Shown piece by piece: positions 36,280-44,177 of a stretch of 64,000 nucleotides of DNA. The position numbers were made by a program, and so were the translations under genes. The stretch lies in NCBI GenBank assembly GCA_049287525.1, contig JBAQFZ010000008.1, positions 23,541-87,540 of the forward strand. The letters run 5' to 3'. Position 1 is the stretch's first letter. Each line of letters starts with the position of its first letter. Source of the stretch: Halobacteriota archaeon. Lineage in GTDB: Archaea; Halobacteriota; Syntropharchaeia; Alkanophagales; Methanospirareceae. The notes under the pieces are model-generated. The model saw nothing but the letters and a program-made list of their open reading frames with translations, searched no databases and was not told where the DNA came from.

Positions 36280-37527
36280 TTAAAGAACGTTTGTCAACTC
36301 GTTCACTATCTCTTCCGCGATTATTCGCTTTGCTCCTTTCACATGCTTTGGATTCTCTAAGCCCTCTCTTAATATGAATACCTCGTTATCTTCAGTTCCT
36401 ATTCCACCCCTGCCCACGTCATTTGCAACTACCATTGCAAGGCGATAGCGCTTCATCTTCTCCCGTGCCCTTACTATCAGTTCCTGCTCTGATACGTTCG
36501 TCTCCGCTTTGAAACCCACGATAACGAGTTCCGGGAATTCTGTGCGCACTTCTTCTATCAGCTTCGGTGCTGGCACGAGCCGCAGATGGTACTCCTCTAC
36601 CGACGGGATTTTCACGTCTAACGAATTACCGATGAAATCCGAGATAGCTGCTGAGGATATAAGCGCATCGTATCCTTTGCCTCCCTCGTTAGCCACACGC
36701 AGTTCGTTAACGCAGGCATCAATCATTTCTCGTGCTGTTTCCACCTCCACTTCTTTTATTCCACCCAAATTACGCGCTCTATTATGAACAAGTGTAACTT
36801 CTGCCCCCTCTTTATATGCCGCCATCGCAAGTTCAACTCCGGTTCGTCCGGAACTTCGGTTTGTTAAGACCCGTATCGGGTCTATCGGCACGATAGTCGC
36901 CCCGCCAGTAATGAGGATGCGTCTTCCCCGCAGTTTCTTTGATGAAAGTACACGCACCACGTTAAGAAGTATGTCTTCAGTCGAGGCGATTTTCGCAAGC
37001 CCTTCTTCCAGTTTTGGCTCTATGACGGTGACACCAAGCTTTATCAGCTTATCACTGTTCTCTATCAGCACCGGACTCTTATATATGGTCTCGTGCATCG
37101 CAGGCACCACGATAATCGGGATGTGCGAGCCAAAGGCTGTGGTTGCAAATGCGGTCACCGTGGTGTCCGAGATACCAGTAGCGATTTTGCTTAACGTGTT
37201 TGCTGTGCATGGAGCCACGATAAACAGGTCCGCGGTGCCCTCCATCCCTAAGAACTCCACATGCTCTATATTACCCATTAGTTTCGTTATCACTTCATGC
37301 CCCGTGGCGTAATGAAGCGTATAAGGATGAATTATCTCGGTTGCCGCTTCACTCATCACGCCGTACACGTCTGCACCATGCCGTATCAATTCGCGTGCAA
37401 GCTCAACGGTTCTTACTGCGGCGATAGAGCCCGTAACACCCAGAACTATCTTTTTACCCCACAGCGACTGACTCTTTGTACCTCTTATCCTCAGTGTCGG
37501 GTGCGGTCCCCTATCTCTTTCTGCCAT
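36280..37527 (-). CDS. coaBC: bifunctional phosphopantothenoylcysteine decarboxylase / phosphopantothenate-cysteine ligase
   Basis: 415 aa; N-terminal flavoprotein KKIVLGVTGSIAAVRTVELAREL; C-terminal CoaB domain. Confidence 0.9.
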   Translation of the reverse strand: MAERDRGPHPTLRIRGTKSQSLWGKKIVLGVTGSIAAVRTVELARELIRHGADVYGVMSEAATEIIHPYTLHYATGHEVITKLMGNIEHVEFLGMEGTADLFIVAPCTANTLSKIATGISDTTVTAFATTAFGSHIPIIVVPAMHETIYKSPVLIENSDKLIKLGVTVIEPKLEEGLAKIASTEDILLNVVRVLSSKKLRGRRILITGGATIVPIDPIRVLTNRSSGRTGVELAMAAYKEGAEVTLVHNRARNLGGIKEVEVETAREMIDACVNELRVANEGGKGYDALISSAAISDFIGNSLDVKIPSVEEYHLRLVPAPKLIEEVRTEFPELVIVGFKAETNVSEQELIVRAREKMKRYRLAMVVANDVGRGGIGTEDNEVFILREGLENPKHVKGAKRIIAEEIVNELTNVL

Positions 37528-37537
37528 AATGAATGAA

Positions 37538-37610
37538 TGGACCGGTCGGGATTTGAACCCGATGCCTCTCGCACGCCAAGCGAGTGATCTTCCAACTGAT
37601 CTACCGGCCC
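37538..37610 (-). tRNA. tRNA-Ala (anticodon GGC)
   Basis: Reverse complement GGGCCGGTAGATCAGTTGGAAGATCACTCGCTTGGCGTGCGAGAGGCATCGGGTTCAAATCCCGACCGGTCCA. G3:U70 Ala identity pair present; anticodon loop TTGGCGT; no encoded CCA. Confidence 0.8.
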
Positions 37611-37701
37611 GTGATTATTAATACTGTTTTTTCCCGGGTATATAAATTTAAATTTCTTTTTATAGCCTTTCCTTGAAGTACTCATTATTACATATATAAA
37701 C

Positions 37702-38511
37702 ATGCCATCTTTGCGTGAGGTAGGAGGAGCAGAGCACGGAACCAAAGCGAATATCATTGCAGTTGCAGGAAAAGGGGGTACAGGGAAGACCGTAATAGCC
37801 TCGTTAATACTGAAATTCCTGACAGAAAACGGAGCAGGGCAAGTGCTTGCGATAGATGCCGACCCAGCATCTAACCTGCCCAGCACGTTAGGCGTGAGGG
37901 TGAATAAGACTTTAGGAGATGTGAGAGAGGAGATAGCAACGCCAGGCGGGGTATTCTTCTCTGAAGATATGCCCACAGACATGCTTCTTGAATATAAAAT
38001 AGAGGAGATAATGCGGAATACACCCCGGTTCTCTGTATTAGTTATGGGTCGGTCCGAAGGTCCGGGCTGCTATTGTCTGATAAACGATATGCTGCGGCAT
38101 TTCATTGATAAGCTCTCTGCTCGATTCGCTACTATCCTGATAGATTGCGAAGCGGGCTTAGAGCATCTGAGCCGGAGAACGACCAGGGACGTGGATATCA
38201 TGCTGGTGGTAAGCGACCCGACAAAACGAGGCATAGACACAGCTTCCGCAATAAAGGAAATAGCGGAGAAGCTGCATATTAACTTCGGGCGGATATATCT
38301 TGTGCTGAATAAAGTAACGGATGATGAGGCGGAGAAGACGGTTCTATCGGGGCTGGTAAAGGATAGTGGGCTTACGCTTCTGGGTTCGGTTCCTGAAGAT
38401 GAGAATGTAAGAGCATATGATTTAGTAGGAAAACCTATAATAGCACTGCCAGAAGATTCTAAAGCGGTTGTCGCCGTGAAACGGATATTTGACCGGATTT
38501 GTGAAGGATGA
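37702..38511 (+). CDS. cooC: CooC/AcsF-type Ni-insertion ATPase (MinD/ParA family)
   Basis: Deviant Walker A AVAGKGGTGKT; ~260 aa; CxC motif GPGCYC typical of CooC. Confidence 0.7.
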   Translation: MPSLREVGGAEHGTKANIIAVAGKGGTGKTVIASLILKFLTENGAGQVLAIDADPASNLPSTLGVRVNKTLGDVREEIATPGGVFFSEDMPTDMLLEYKIEEIMRNTPRFSVLVMGRSEGPGCYCLINDMLRHFIDKLSARFATILIDCEAGLEHLSRRTTRDVDIMLVVSDPTKRGIDTASAIKEIAEKLHINFGRIYLVLNKVTDDEAEKTVLSGLVKDSGLTLLGSVPEDENVRAYDLVGKPIIALPEDSKAVVAVKRIFDRICEG

Positions 38512-38529
38512 AGGAGATATTGAATAACG

Positions 38530-38952
38530 ATGGAATATAATATCTTGCTTGTGGATGACAAAGGACCAATACATAAACTCCTGCCACTTTTTCTGGCGAT
38601 GCACAGGAGGCATACGTTCAAAGTGCACTCTGCCCTCCATGGCGAGGCAGGCGTTAAGATGTACCACAAACTGTCAGGTACTGGTCAGAAGCCGGACATC
38701 GTGCTGATGGACATCAAAATGCCTGTGGTGAACGGTGTGGAAGCAACCAAACGGATAATGGATTACGATCCAGAGGCAAACATCTACCTGTTCACTGCCT
38801 ATGCCAATACCGAGGTGGAACAAAACGCGCTCAACGCGGGTGCTCGCGGAACAATAAGCAAATCAGCAGAGTGGTCTGAGATAGTAGCAGAGATAGTGAA
38901 TATTCTGGAATCTGCATCTGCATCTGCATCTGATAGAACAGTCAGTACCTGA
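38530..38952 (+). CDS. stand-alone response regulator receiver domain with SASASAS tail
   Basis: LLVDD, LMDIKMP, conserved T and K of the REC fold. The C-terminal tail is encoded by (gcatct)x4. Confidence 0.7.
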   Translation: MEYNILLVDDKGPIHKLLPLFLAMHRRHTFKVHSALHGEAGVKMYHKLSGTGQKPDIVLMDIKMPVVNGVEATKRIMDYDPEANIYLFTAYANTEVEQNALNAGARGTISKSAEWSEIVAEIVNILESASASASDRTVST

Positions 38953-39319
38953 CTTTTGTTATCTTTTCCACACGCATCATGGGATACTCCAGTTCAGATT
39001 CGTATAATAGCCTCGCATCTACTTCCACCTCTCCATACACGACCACCACTTTTACGTCCAGCATCTCGCCGCTTAACTCACAATACTGGAATTGATTCAC
39101 ATTCGCTCTTACCTTCTCCCGGTCTATATGCACTTCCACGGCGTTCACGCATGGCTGAAGTGATACGCTCTTCTCGATCGCGCTCTCCAGCACAGCCGCA
39201 GTTTCCACACTCACTGGTGTGCCTATAAACTGATGGTAAAGAGCGCCCAATTTGATGCCAGCCTCGAATACTGCTTTGTCGCTATCTGAAATCTCACCCG
39301 TTACTCTTTTAGCTTCCAT
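38942..39319 (-). CDS. small conserved archaeal protein (possibly COG2098/MptD-like)
   Basis: 125 aa; AGIKLGALYHQFIGTPVS motif. The family assignment is from memory only. Confidence 0.3.
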   Translation of the reverse strand: MEAKRVTGEISDSDKAVFEAGIKLGALYHQFIGTPVSVETAAVLESAIEKSVSLQPCVNAVEVHIDREKVRANVNQFQYCELSGEMLDVKVVVVYGEVEVDARLLYESELEYPMMRVEKITKVRY

Positions 39320-40026
39320 TCCGCTTTCCTTAATATTCCCCTCAGCGTTTGCACCTCTCTCGCAGTTAGTTCCGCTCTGCCAAGGATTCTTCTAAGCATG
39401 AGCATTGTCTTCTGCTTCTTCTGCTCCTTATAGCCTATCTCGTCCAGAAAGGTTTTTACGTGCGTAAATAACCGCTCTTTAGTCTCTACACTCGCTAATT
39501 CCAAGCCCGTCTGCGTAGCAGCTACTGCGTTCAATTCGTACAGGAGTATGGAAACGGCATGCGAGAGGTTCATCACCGGATAGGTAGTACTCGTGGGTAT
39601 AAAAACAACGAACTCGCACCGCATAAGCTCTTTATTCAACAGTCCAGTGTCTTCTCTACCAAATAGCAGTGCTAATACACCCGTTTTGCCCTTTAGCTTT
39701 GCTTTCAAGTCGTATGGCGTTAAATAAGGCATTCTAAGGTGCTTATTTAGAGAGACGCCGTGCCTCGATGTAGTGCCTACCACAATAGCAGAGTCCTTAA
39801 TCGCTTCTTCCACGGCATTCACGATTCGAGCCCGGGCTAGCACATCGTCTGCATGGGAAGCGACAGCAATCGCTTTTGTGCCAATAGCAGTAGGGTTTAC
39901 CAGGTAAAGGTCAGTTAACCCGAAGTTCTTCACCACCCGTGCCACAGCCCCTATGTTCTCTTCTATCTTCGGCTCTACAAGAATTGTACGAATAATCATC
40001 ATCCATCTATATAACATAACACACAT
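39301..40026 (-). CDS. SpoU/TrmH-class RNA 2'-O-methyltransferase
   Basis: MMIIRTILVEPKIEENIGAVARVVKNFG is a SPOUT N-terminal motif. The likely start is the internal MM, about 8 codons downstream of the track start. Confidence 0.75.
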   Translation of the reverse strand: MCVMLYRWMMIIRTILVEPKIEENIGAVARVVKNFGLTDLYLVNPTAIGTKAIAVASHADDVLARARIVNAVEEAIKDSAIVVGTTSRHGVSLNKHLRMPYLTPYDLKAKLKGKTGVLALLFGREDTGLLNKELMRCEFVVFIPTSTTYPVMNLSHAVSILLYELNAVAATQTGLELASVETKERLFTHVKTFLDEIGYKEQKKQKTMLMLRRILGRAELTAREVQTLRGILRKAEWKLKE

Positions 40027-40056
40027 TACATATAGAAATTAATTGTAAGGGCAGAA

Positions 40057-40884
40057 ATGACGAGATTAGCATTCAAATTCGGGTTCCTCGGTACCAATTA
40101 TCACGGATTTCAGATTCAGCCACAGTCCGAGCTGCCGACAATAGAGGGAAAACTATTCGAGGCTTTGAAGGAGCTTGGTATTTTAGAAGACCGGGCAGCC
40201 GCGAATTATGCCGCTGCCGGTAGAACCGATAGGGGCGTACATGCGCTTGCGCAGGTCGTCTCCTTCGACACGTCAAACACAGACGTGACGCCTCGAATGA
40301 TAAACAGTATGCTACCTGATGATATATGGATGTATGCAGTGGCAAAGCCGGATTCCGACTTCGATGCACGCCGGGATGCAGTAAGTAGAGAATACCGCTA
40401 TTTCATGACTTCAGAAGCCGAGCTGGATATAAGCGGCATGCGAGATGCTGCGGAACTGTTCATCGGCGTTCATGATTTCTCTAATTTCGCGTATCGCAGT
40501 GAGACTGATAGCCCTATAAGAGAGATAAAGCGGATAGCGATAGGAACGAAAGAAGGAAGACCGCTTGTCGTCATAATAGATATAGAAGCGAACGGTTTTC
40601 TACGTAAGATGGCGCGGAAGATAGTAGCCGCGTTGAGCATAGTTGGCAGTGGCATGAGGGACAGGAGCTGGATAGAGTCACTGCTGGATTTACGGCTAAC
40701 AGAGGGAATCATGCCCGCACCTGCTTTCGGTCTTATTCTAAAGAACGTTTCGTATCCTGCCACGAAGTTTGAGGTGGATGTTTACGCCCTGCGGAGATTA
40801 GAGGCGCGATTAAAGGCTGATTTGTACTTCCATGCTATACAGACCGCAGTGCTGGAGGAGATGATAGGATGTATCTCGCAGTAA
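40057..40884 (+). CDS. truA: tRNA pseudouridine(38-40) synthase
   Basis: GTNYHGFQIQP and catalytic GRTDRGVHA motifs. Confidence 0.85.
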   Translation: MTRLAFKFGFLGTNYHGFQIQPQSELPTIEGKLFEALKELGILEDRAAANYAAAGRTDRGVHALAQVVSFDTSNTDVTPRMINSMLPDDIWMYAVAKPDSDFDARRDAVSREYRYFMTSEAELDISGMRDAAELFIGVHDFSNFAYRSETDSPIREIKRIAIGTKEGRPLVVIIDIEANGFLRKMARKIVAALSIVGSGMRDRSWIESLLDLRLTEGIMPAPAFGLILKNVSYPATKFEVDVYALRRLEARLKADLYFHAIQTAVLEEMIGCISQ

Positions 40885-41324
40885 AATTGGATGATTACGA
40901 AACATACATGGAACTCACGCGGGTAATCCATGAGATGGAGATGGATGAGTTTGTGGATGCCGTGATCGTTGAAGGCGTCCACGATAAGGCGGCATTGCGG
41001 GAAATGGGGGTCACGAAGGAGATAGCGATGTGCTCTTCGGGTCCTTACTCGTATGCCGGGTTCGTTGATTACCTGACGGGTAGATACAGGCGCATTACCA
41101 TTCTTACTGACTATGATCGAGCAGGGAAGAGGCTAAACAAGAAACTGACAACTCGACTGGAGCGGGAGGGCGTAAAGGTAGAGAAGCGATACCGGGATAA
41201 GATAGGGATGATACTGGTACTCCGGGGGTTTCATGAGATAGAATCCATGACTCCTCTCAAAAGGAGAGCTTCTGCCTGGCTCAAAACTTATGAGTTCTTT
41301 TTGCACCTTCGAGATCCGCGATAG
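40869..41324 (+). CDS. small Toprim-domain protein
   Basis: VIVEGVHDKAAL (Toprim E) and ILTDYDRAGKRL (DxD) motifs; 151 aa. Confidence 0.6.
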   Translation: MYLAVKLDDYETYMELTRVIHEMEMDEFVDAVIVEGVHDKAALREMGVTKEIAMCSSGPYSYAGFVDYLTGRYRRITILTDYDRAGKRLNKKLTTRLEREGVKVEKRYRDKIGMILVLRGFHEIESMTPLKRRASAWLKTYEFFLHLRDPR

Positions 41325-41481
41325 GGGGAAAGATTTTATTGATTACATTTTCCATTATTAATTTCAATCTCGTGATTGCTGCTGAATTGGTTATAAATGC
41401 CGCTGGCTGGACTGTATCACATGTTAAATGGCTGGGCATGTCCTGAAAGTCCTTTTAACCTCCCGGATGCAACAATTGATG

Positions 41482-42540
41482 TTATGTTTCCGATACCTCC
41501 TCAATCCCCAATCGTGTTAGGAGTGTAGAAAATAGCTCCTGTTTAAAGTTCGCATATGCCACTTTATTCGGCACGACAATAGCGAGTTTACGCTCTGAAT
41601 ATTCGGGATACGCCTCCTTGAACACATGTTTTATCCCTCCTATCCATCTCGGTAGCTCACTGGTTACGAATACCACTGGCTGCTCTCTCCATTCTCTAAC
41701 GTCATATCTTGACAATTTATCTTTCACCATCAGATGAAGCGTATCTCTCGCCGCGGATACATCTCCGGTAAGAGCTATAAAGTCCTCTTCCATAGTGAAC
41801 CCGCTGAAATAGCCGCTTACGGTCTTCAATTCTTCGTTTGTGAATTTAGACCACTCTGCAAGTCCTTCTTCCCGCGCTTTTGCTTCTTCGTGCGATTGCG
41901 CGATAATCACCCCTATTTGCGTTTCCAGCTCTTTTGTCATGGGCATCTTATACAGCTCCTTCTCTCTAAACGCTACTAACTTAGCTGTGGCAGTCCTTAG
42001 TTCCTCGTCGCTTTGATGATACAGCCGTAAGAATTCATGCCTTGGCTTTCTTTGCCCATAAACACAGATATTCCTGGCGATGAACTCTGTCTCTAAAGTC
42101 TGAAAGACCTCAGGTGAAAACATATCGCTCATATCTGCTTTTATGAGTTCATATTGCGTGAAACCCGGAATTCCGTGTATCCCTATCTTCAACAGTAGTT
42201 CTATCATTGTTAGCGTGGCATTATTCCCCGCTTCTACTATCTGCGCTAATTTCGGTGGCTCTGCTAAAAAGCGTGATGCAAGCTCCTCGAATGTCTTTTC
42301 ATGCCCCGCTGGACAAATGTACTCGTCATAAGGTCCTGTTCCTAAAATCCGCTTCCGCCTCAATGATTTTAATAAGCCCATGCACTCCCGCTCTTTCCCC
42401 CGTAATGCTGCGAAGTTTCTCGTGAGCGCTTCTTCCGAGGCATACTCCTTCAGTAAATGGACCAATCCCAGTAGTGTTCTGGCATCCTCGTCTCTCTCCG
42501 TTACACTTAAGACCAAATTCTTATATTCTTCTGGTTTCAT
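41482..42540 (-). CDS. conserved hypothetical protein
   Basis: 352 aa soluble ORF with coding-like composition; no family recognised. Confidence 0.45.
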   Translation of the reverse strand: MKPEEYKNLVLSVTERDEDARTLLGLVHLLKEYASEEALTRNFAALRGKERECMGLLKSLRRKRILGTGPYDEYICPAGHEKTFEELASRFLAEPPKLAQIVEAGNNATLTMIELLLKIGIHGIPGFTQYELIKADMSDMFSPEVFQTLETEFIARNICVYGQRKPRHEFLRLYHQSDEELRTATAKLVAFREKELYKMPMTKELETQIGVIIAQSHEEAKAREEGLAEWSKFTNEELKTVSGYFSGFTMEEDFIALTGDVSAARDTLHLMVKDKLSRYDVREWREQPVVFVTSELPRWIGGIKHVFKEAYPEYSERKLAIVVPNKVAYANFKQELFSTLLTRLGIEEVSET

Positions 42541-42556
42541 ATTCTCTCTCTCCTAT

Positions 42557-43504
42557 TTATCCACACAATAACCTATCCACAAGCCATTCCGCATCAAACT
42601 TCTGCAGGTCTTCGTAGCCCTGCCCCGTGCCCAGGAATATTATGGGCTTAGAAGTGGCATGAGCAATGGAAATAGCCGCACCGCCTTTTATATCTATGTC
42701 TAACTTGGTTAGTATCGAGGCATCTATGCCTATGATTTCATCGAATCGCTTTGCTCTTTCTACAGCATCGTTCCCCGCAACCGCTTCATCCACAAATATC
42801 ACCATGTCCGGCTCCGTTACACGGCATATCTTCTTTAACTGCTCCATGAGATTCACAGAGGTGTGCATTCGCCCCGCGGTATCCGCCAGAACTACATCTA
42901 CTCTATTTGCTTTCGCATATTTCACTGCATCATAAACAACCGCGGTCGGGTCAGCGCCATACTGATGTTTTATCACCTTTATGCCCAAATTGGACGCATG
43001 AAGCTCTATCTGTTCAGTCGCACCCGCTCTGTAAGTATCCGCAGAAGCAATAACCACCGAATGCCCGGTAGAAAGCAACTTCTTCGCTACCTTCGCGATA
43101 GTTGTCGTCTTCCCCGTGCCATTCACACCGACGAACGCGATTTTTACCGGCTTTTCACTATTTGCCACGAACTCATCAAAATCAAGCTTTCCCGCGGAGA
43201 GGAGGTCTAACAACGCATTCCTTATCGCGGTACTCACTAATTCACCCGTGTCGGTGCCCCATTTCACACGCTTCTTCTCCAGTTCCCTCTTCACACCTGA
43301 AATCAACTCTTCCACCACAGGAAATGCCGCGTCACTTTCCAGTAACGCCATTTCTAACTCTTCTAGAGGTGTTTTCAGGTCATTCTCATCTAAAACCGTC
43401 TCACCACCTAATGTCGCCTTACCCTTATCTATTATTTTCTCCTTTATTCTCTCCGCTACCGTTTTAGTAAAGTTCTGTAGCCTGTTTTGCAGCTTCTCAA
43501 ACAT
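42557..43504 (-). CDS. ftsY: signal recognition particle receptor FtsY
   Basis: SRP GTPase motifs GVNGTGKTTTIAKVA, DTAGR and TKLD. Confidence 0.9.
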   Translation of the reverse strand: MFEKLQNRLQNFTKTVAERIKEKIIDKGKATLGGETVLDENDLKTPLEELEMALLESDAAFPVVEELISGVKRELEKKRVKWGTDTGELVSTAIRNALLDLLSAGKLDFDEFVANSEKPVKIAFVGVNGTGKTTTIAKVAKKLLSTGHSVVIASADTYRAGATEQIELHASNLGIKVIKHQYGADPTAVVYDAVKYAKANRVDVVLADTAGRMHTSVNLMEQLKKICRVTEPDMVIFVDEAVAGNDAVERAKRFDEIIGIDASILTKLDIDIKGGAAISIAHATSKPIIFLGTGQGYEDLQKFDAEWLVDRLLCG

Positions 43505-43620
43505 CGCTTCTCTCTTTCTCTCTCTCTTCGCCCCTGCGGATAAATATTACAAGTGGATAATAAAAGAGAAGCGATAGCTTGTGTTAAACCGGATTTAACT
43601 ATAATATTACATTATTACGC

Positions 43621-43833
43621 GTATTTGTATAGCTGATGTAAAAACCACGAGATTTCACAAGATTAACACAAGAAATTGAAATTAATAATGGATAACGTAA
43701 TCAATAAAGCACTGAAATTTGGTTACTATTATTATTATTCTCTCGTGAAATAAACCCATTCTGGGTTTTAGAAGAAACCCGTAGGGTTTCCTGTGGACGT
43801 GGGCAGAGCCCACGATGTATAATCTTGTGGTTA
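43621..43833. mobile_element. MITE-like repeat copy 3 (full, with two hairpins)
   Basis: gtatttgtatagctgatgtaaaaaccacgagatttcacaagattaacacaagaaattgaa ... gaaacccgtagggtttc ... cgtgggcagagcccacgatgtataatcttgtggtta. Confidence 0.6.
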
Positions 43834-43906
43834 GCTAAACAAATAAAAAAAATAAAAAGGGATAAGTTTTGGGTTATCCCCGGTATCTAGCTCTTTTATT
43901 GCTTTT

Positions 43907-44107
43907 TTATTGTAGTGCTTCGTCTATATCTTCCTTTTTTACTGTTTTGCGTCCAGCATGTTTGGCAAGGCTTACGGCTTTCTTTGCTATTTCCATGCCT
44001 TTTTCCTCTAATACCTCTACCAATGCCATACTTGCCTCTTCGCTTACTCTCTCCGCACCTGCATTTCTCACTAATCGCGTCACAGGTGCAATTGGTATTT
44101 GTGCCAT
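43907..44107 (-). CDS. archaeal histone (HMf-like)
   Basis: MAQIPIAPVTRLVRNAGAERVSEEA...LAKHAGRKTVKKEDIDEAL is the histone fold signature. The start is taken at the internal Met. Confidence 0.8.
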   Translation of the reverse strand: MAQIPIAPVTRLVRNAGAERVSEEASMALVEVLEEKGMEIAKKAVSLAKHAGRKTVKKEDIDEALQ

Positions 44108-44177
44108 TTGCATCACCATGATTACGTAATAGGATGGTCTATATAAGCTTTTCGATAGTTAACCCTCTACAACCTTA

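Noticed and set aside
41325-41481. Possible small ncRNA in the convergent intergenic region
   Set aside because: There is some GC-rich self-complementarity (ggctgg...ggctggg), but no recognisable RNA family features or promoter. The evidence is insufficient.
18221-43833. Possible CRISPR array from the recurring ~200-bp repeat
   Set aside because: Copies are 3-14 kb apart, each is about 135-345 bp long with internal TIRs, and there are no regularly spaced short spacers or cas genes. The pattern fits a dispersed MITE-like element, not CRISPR.
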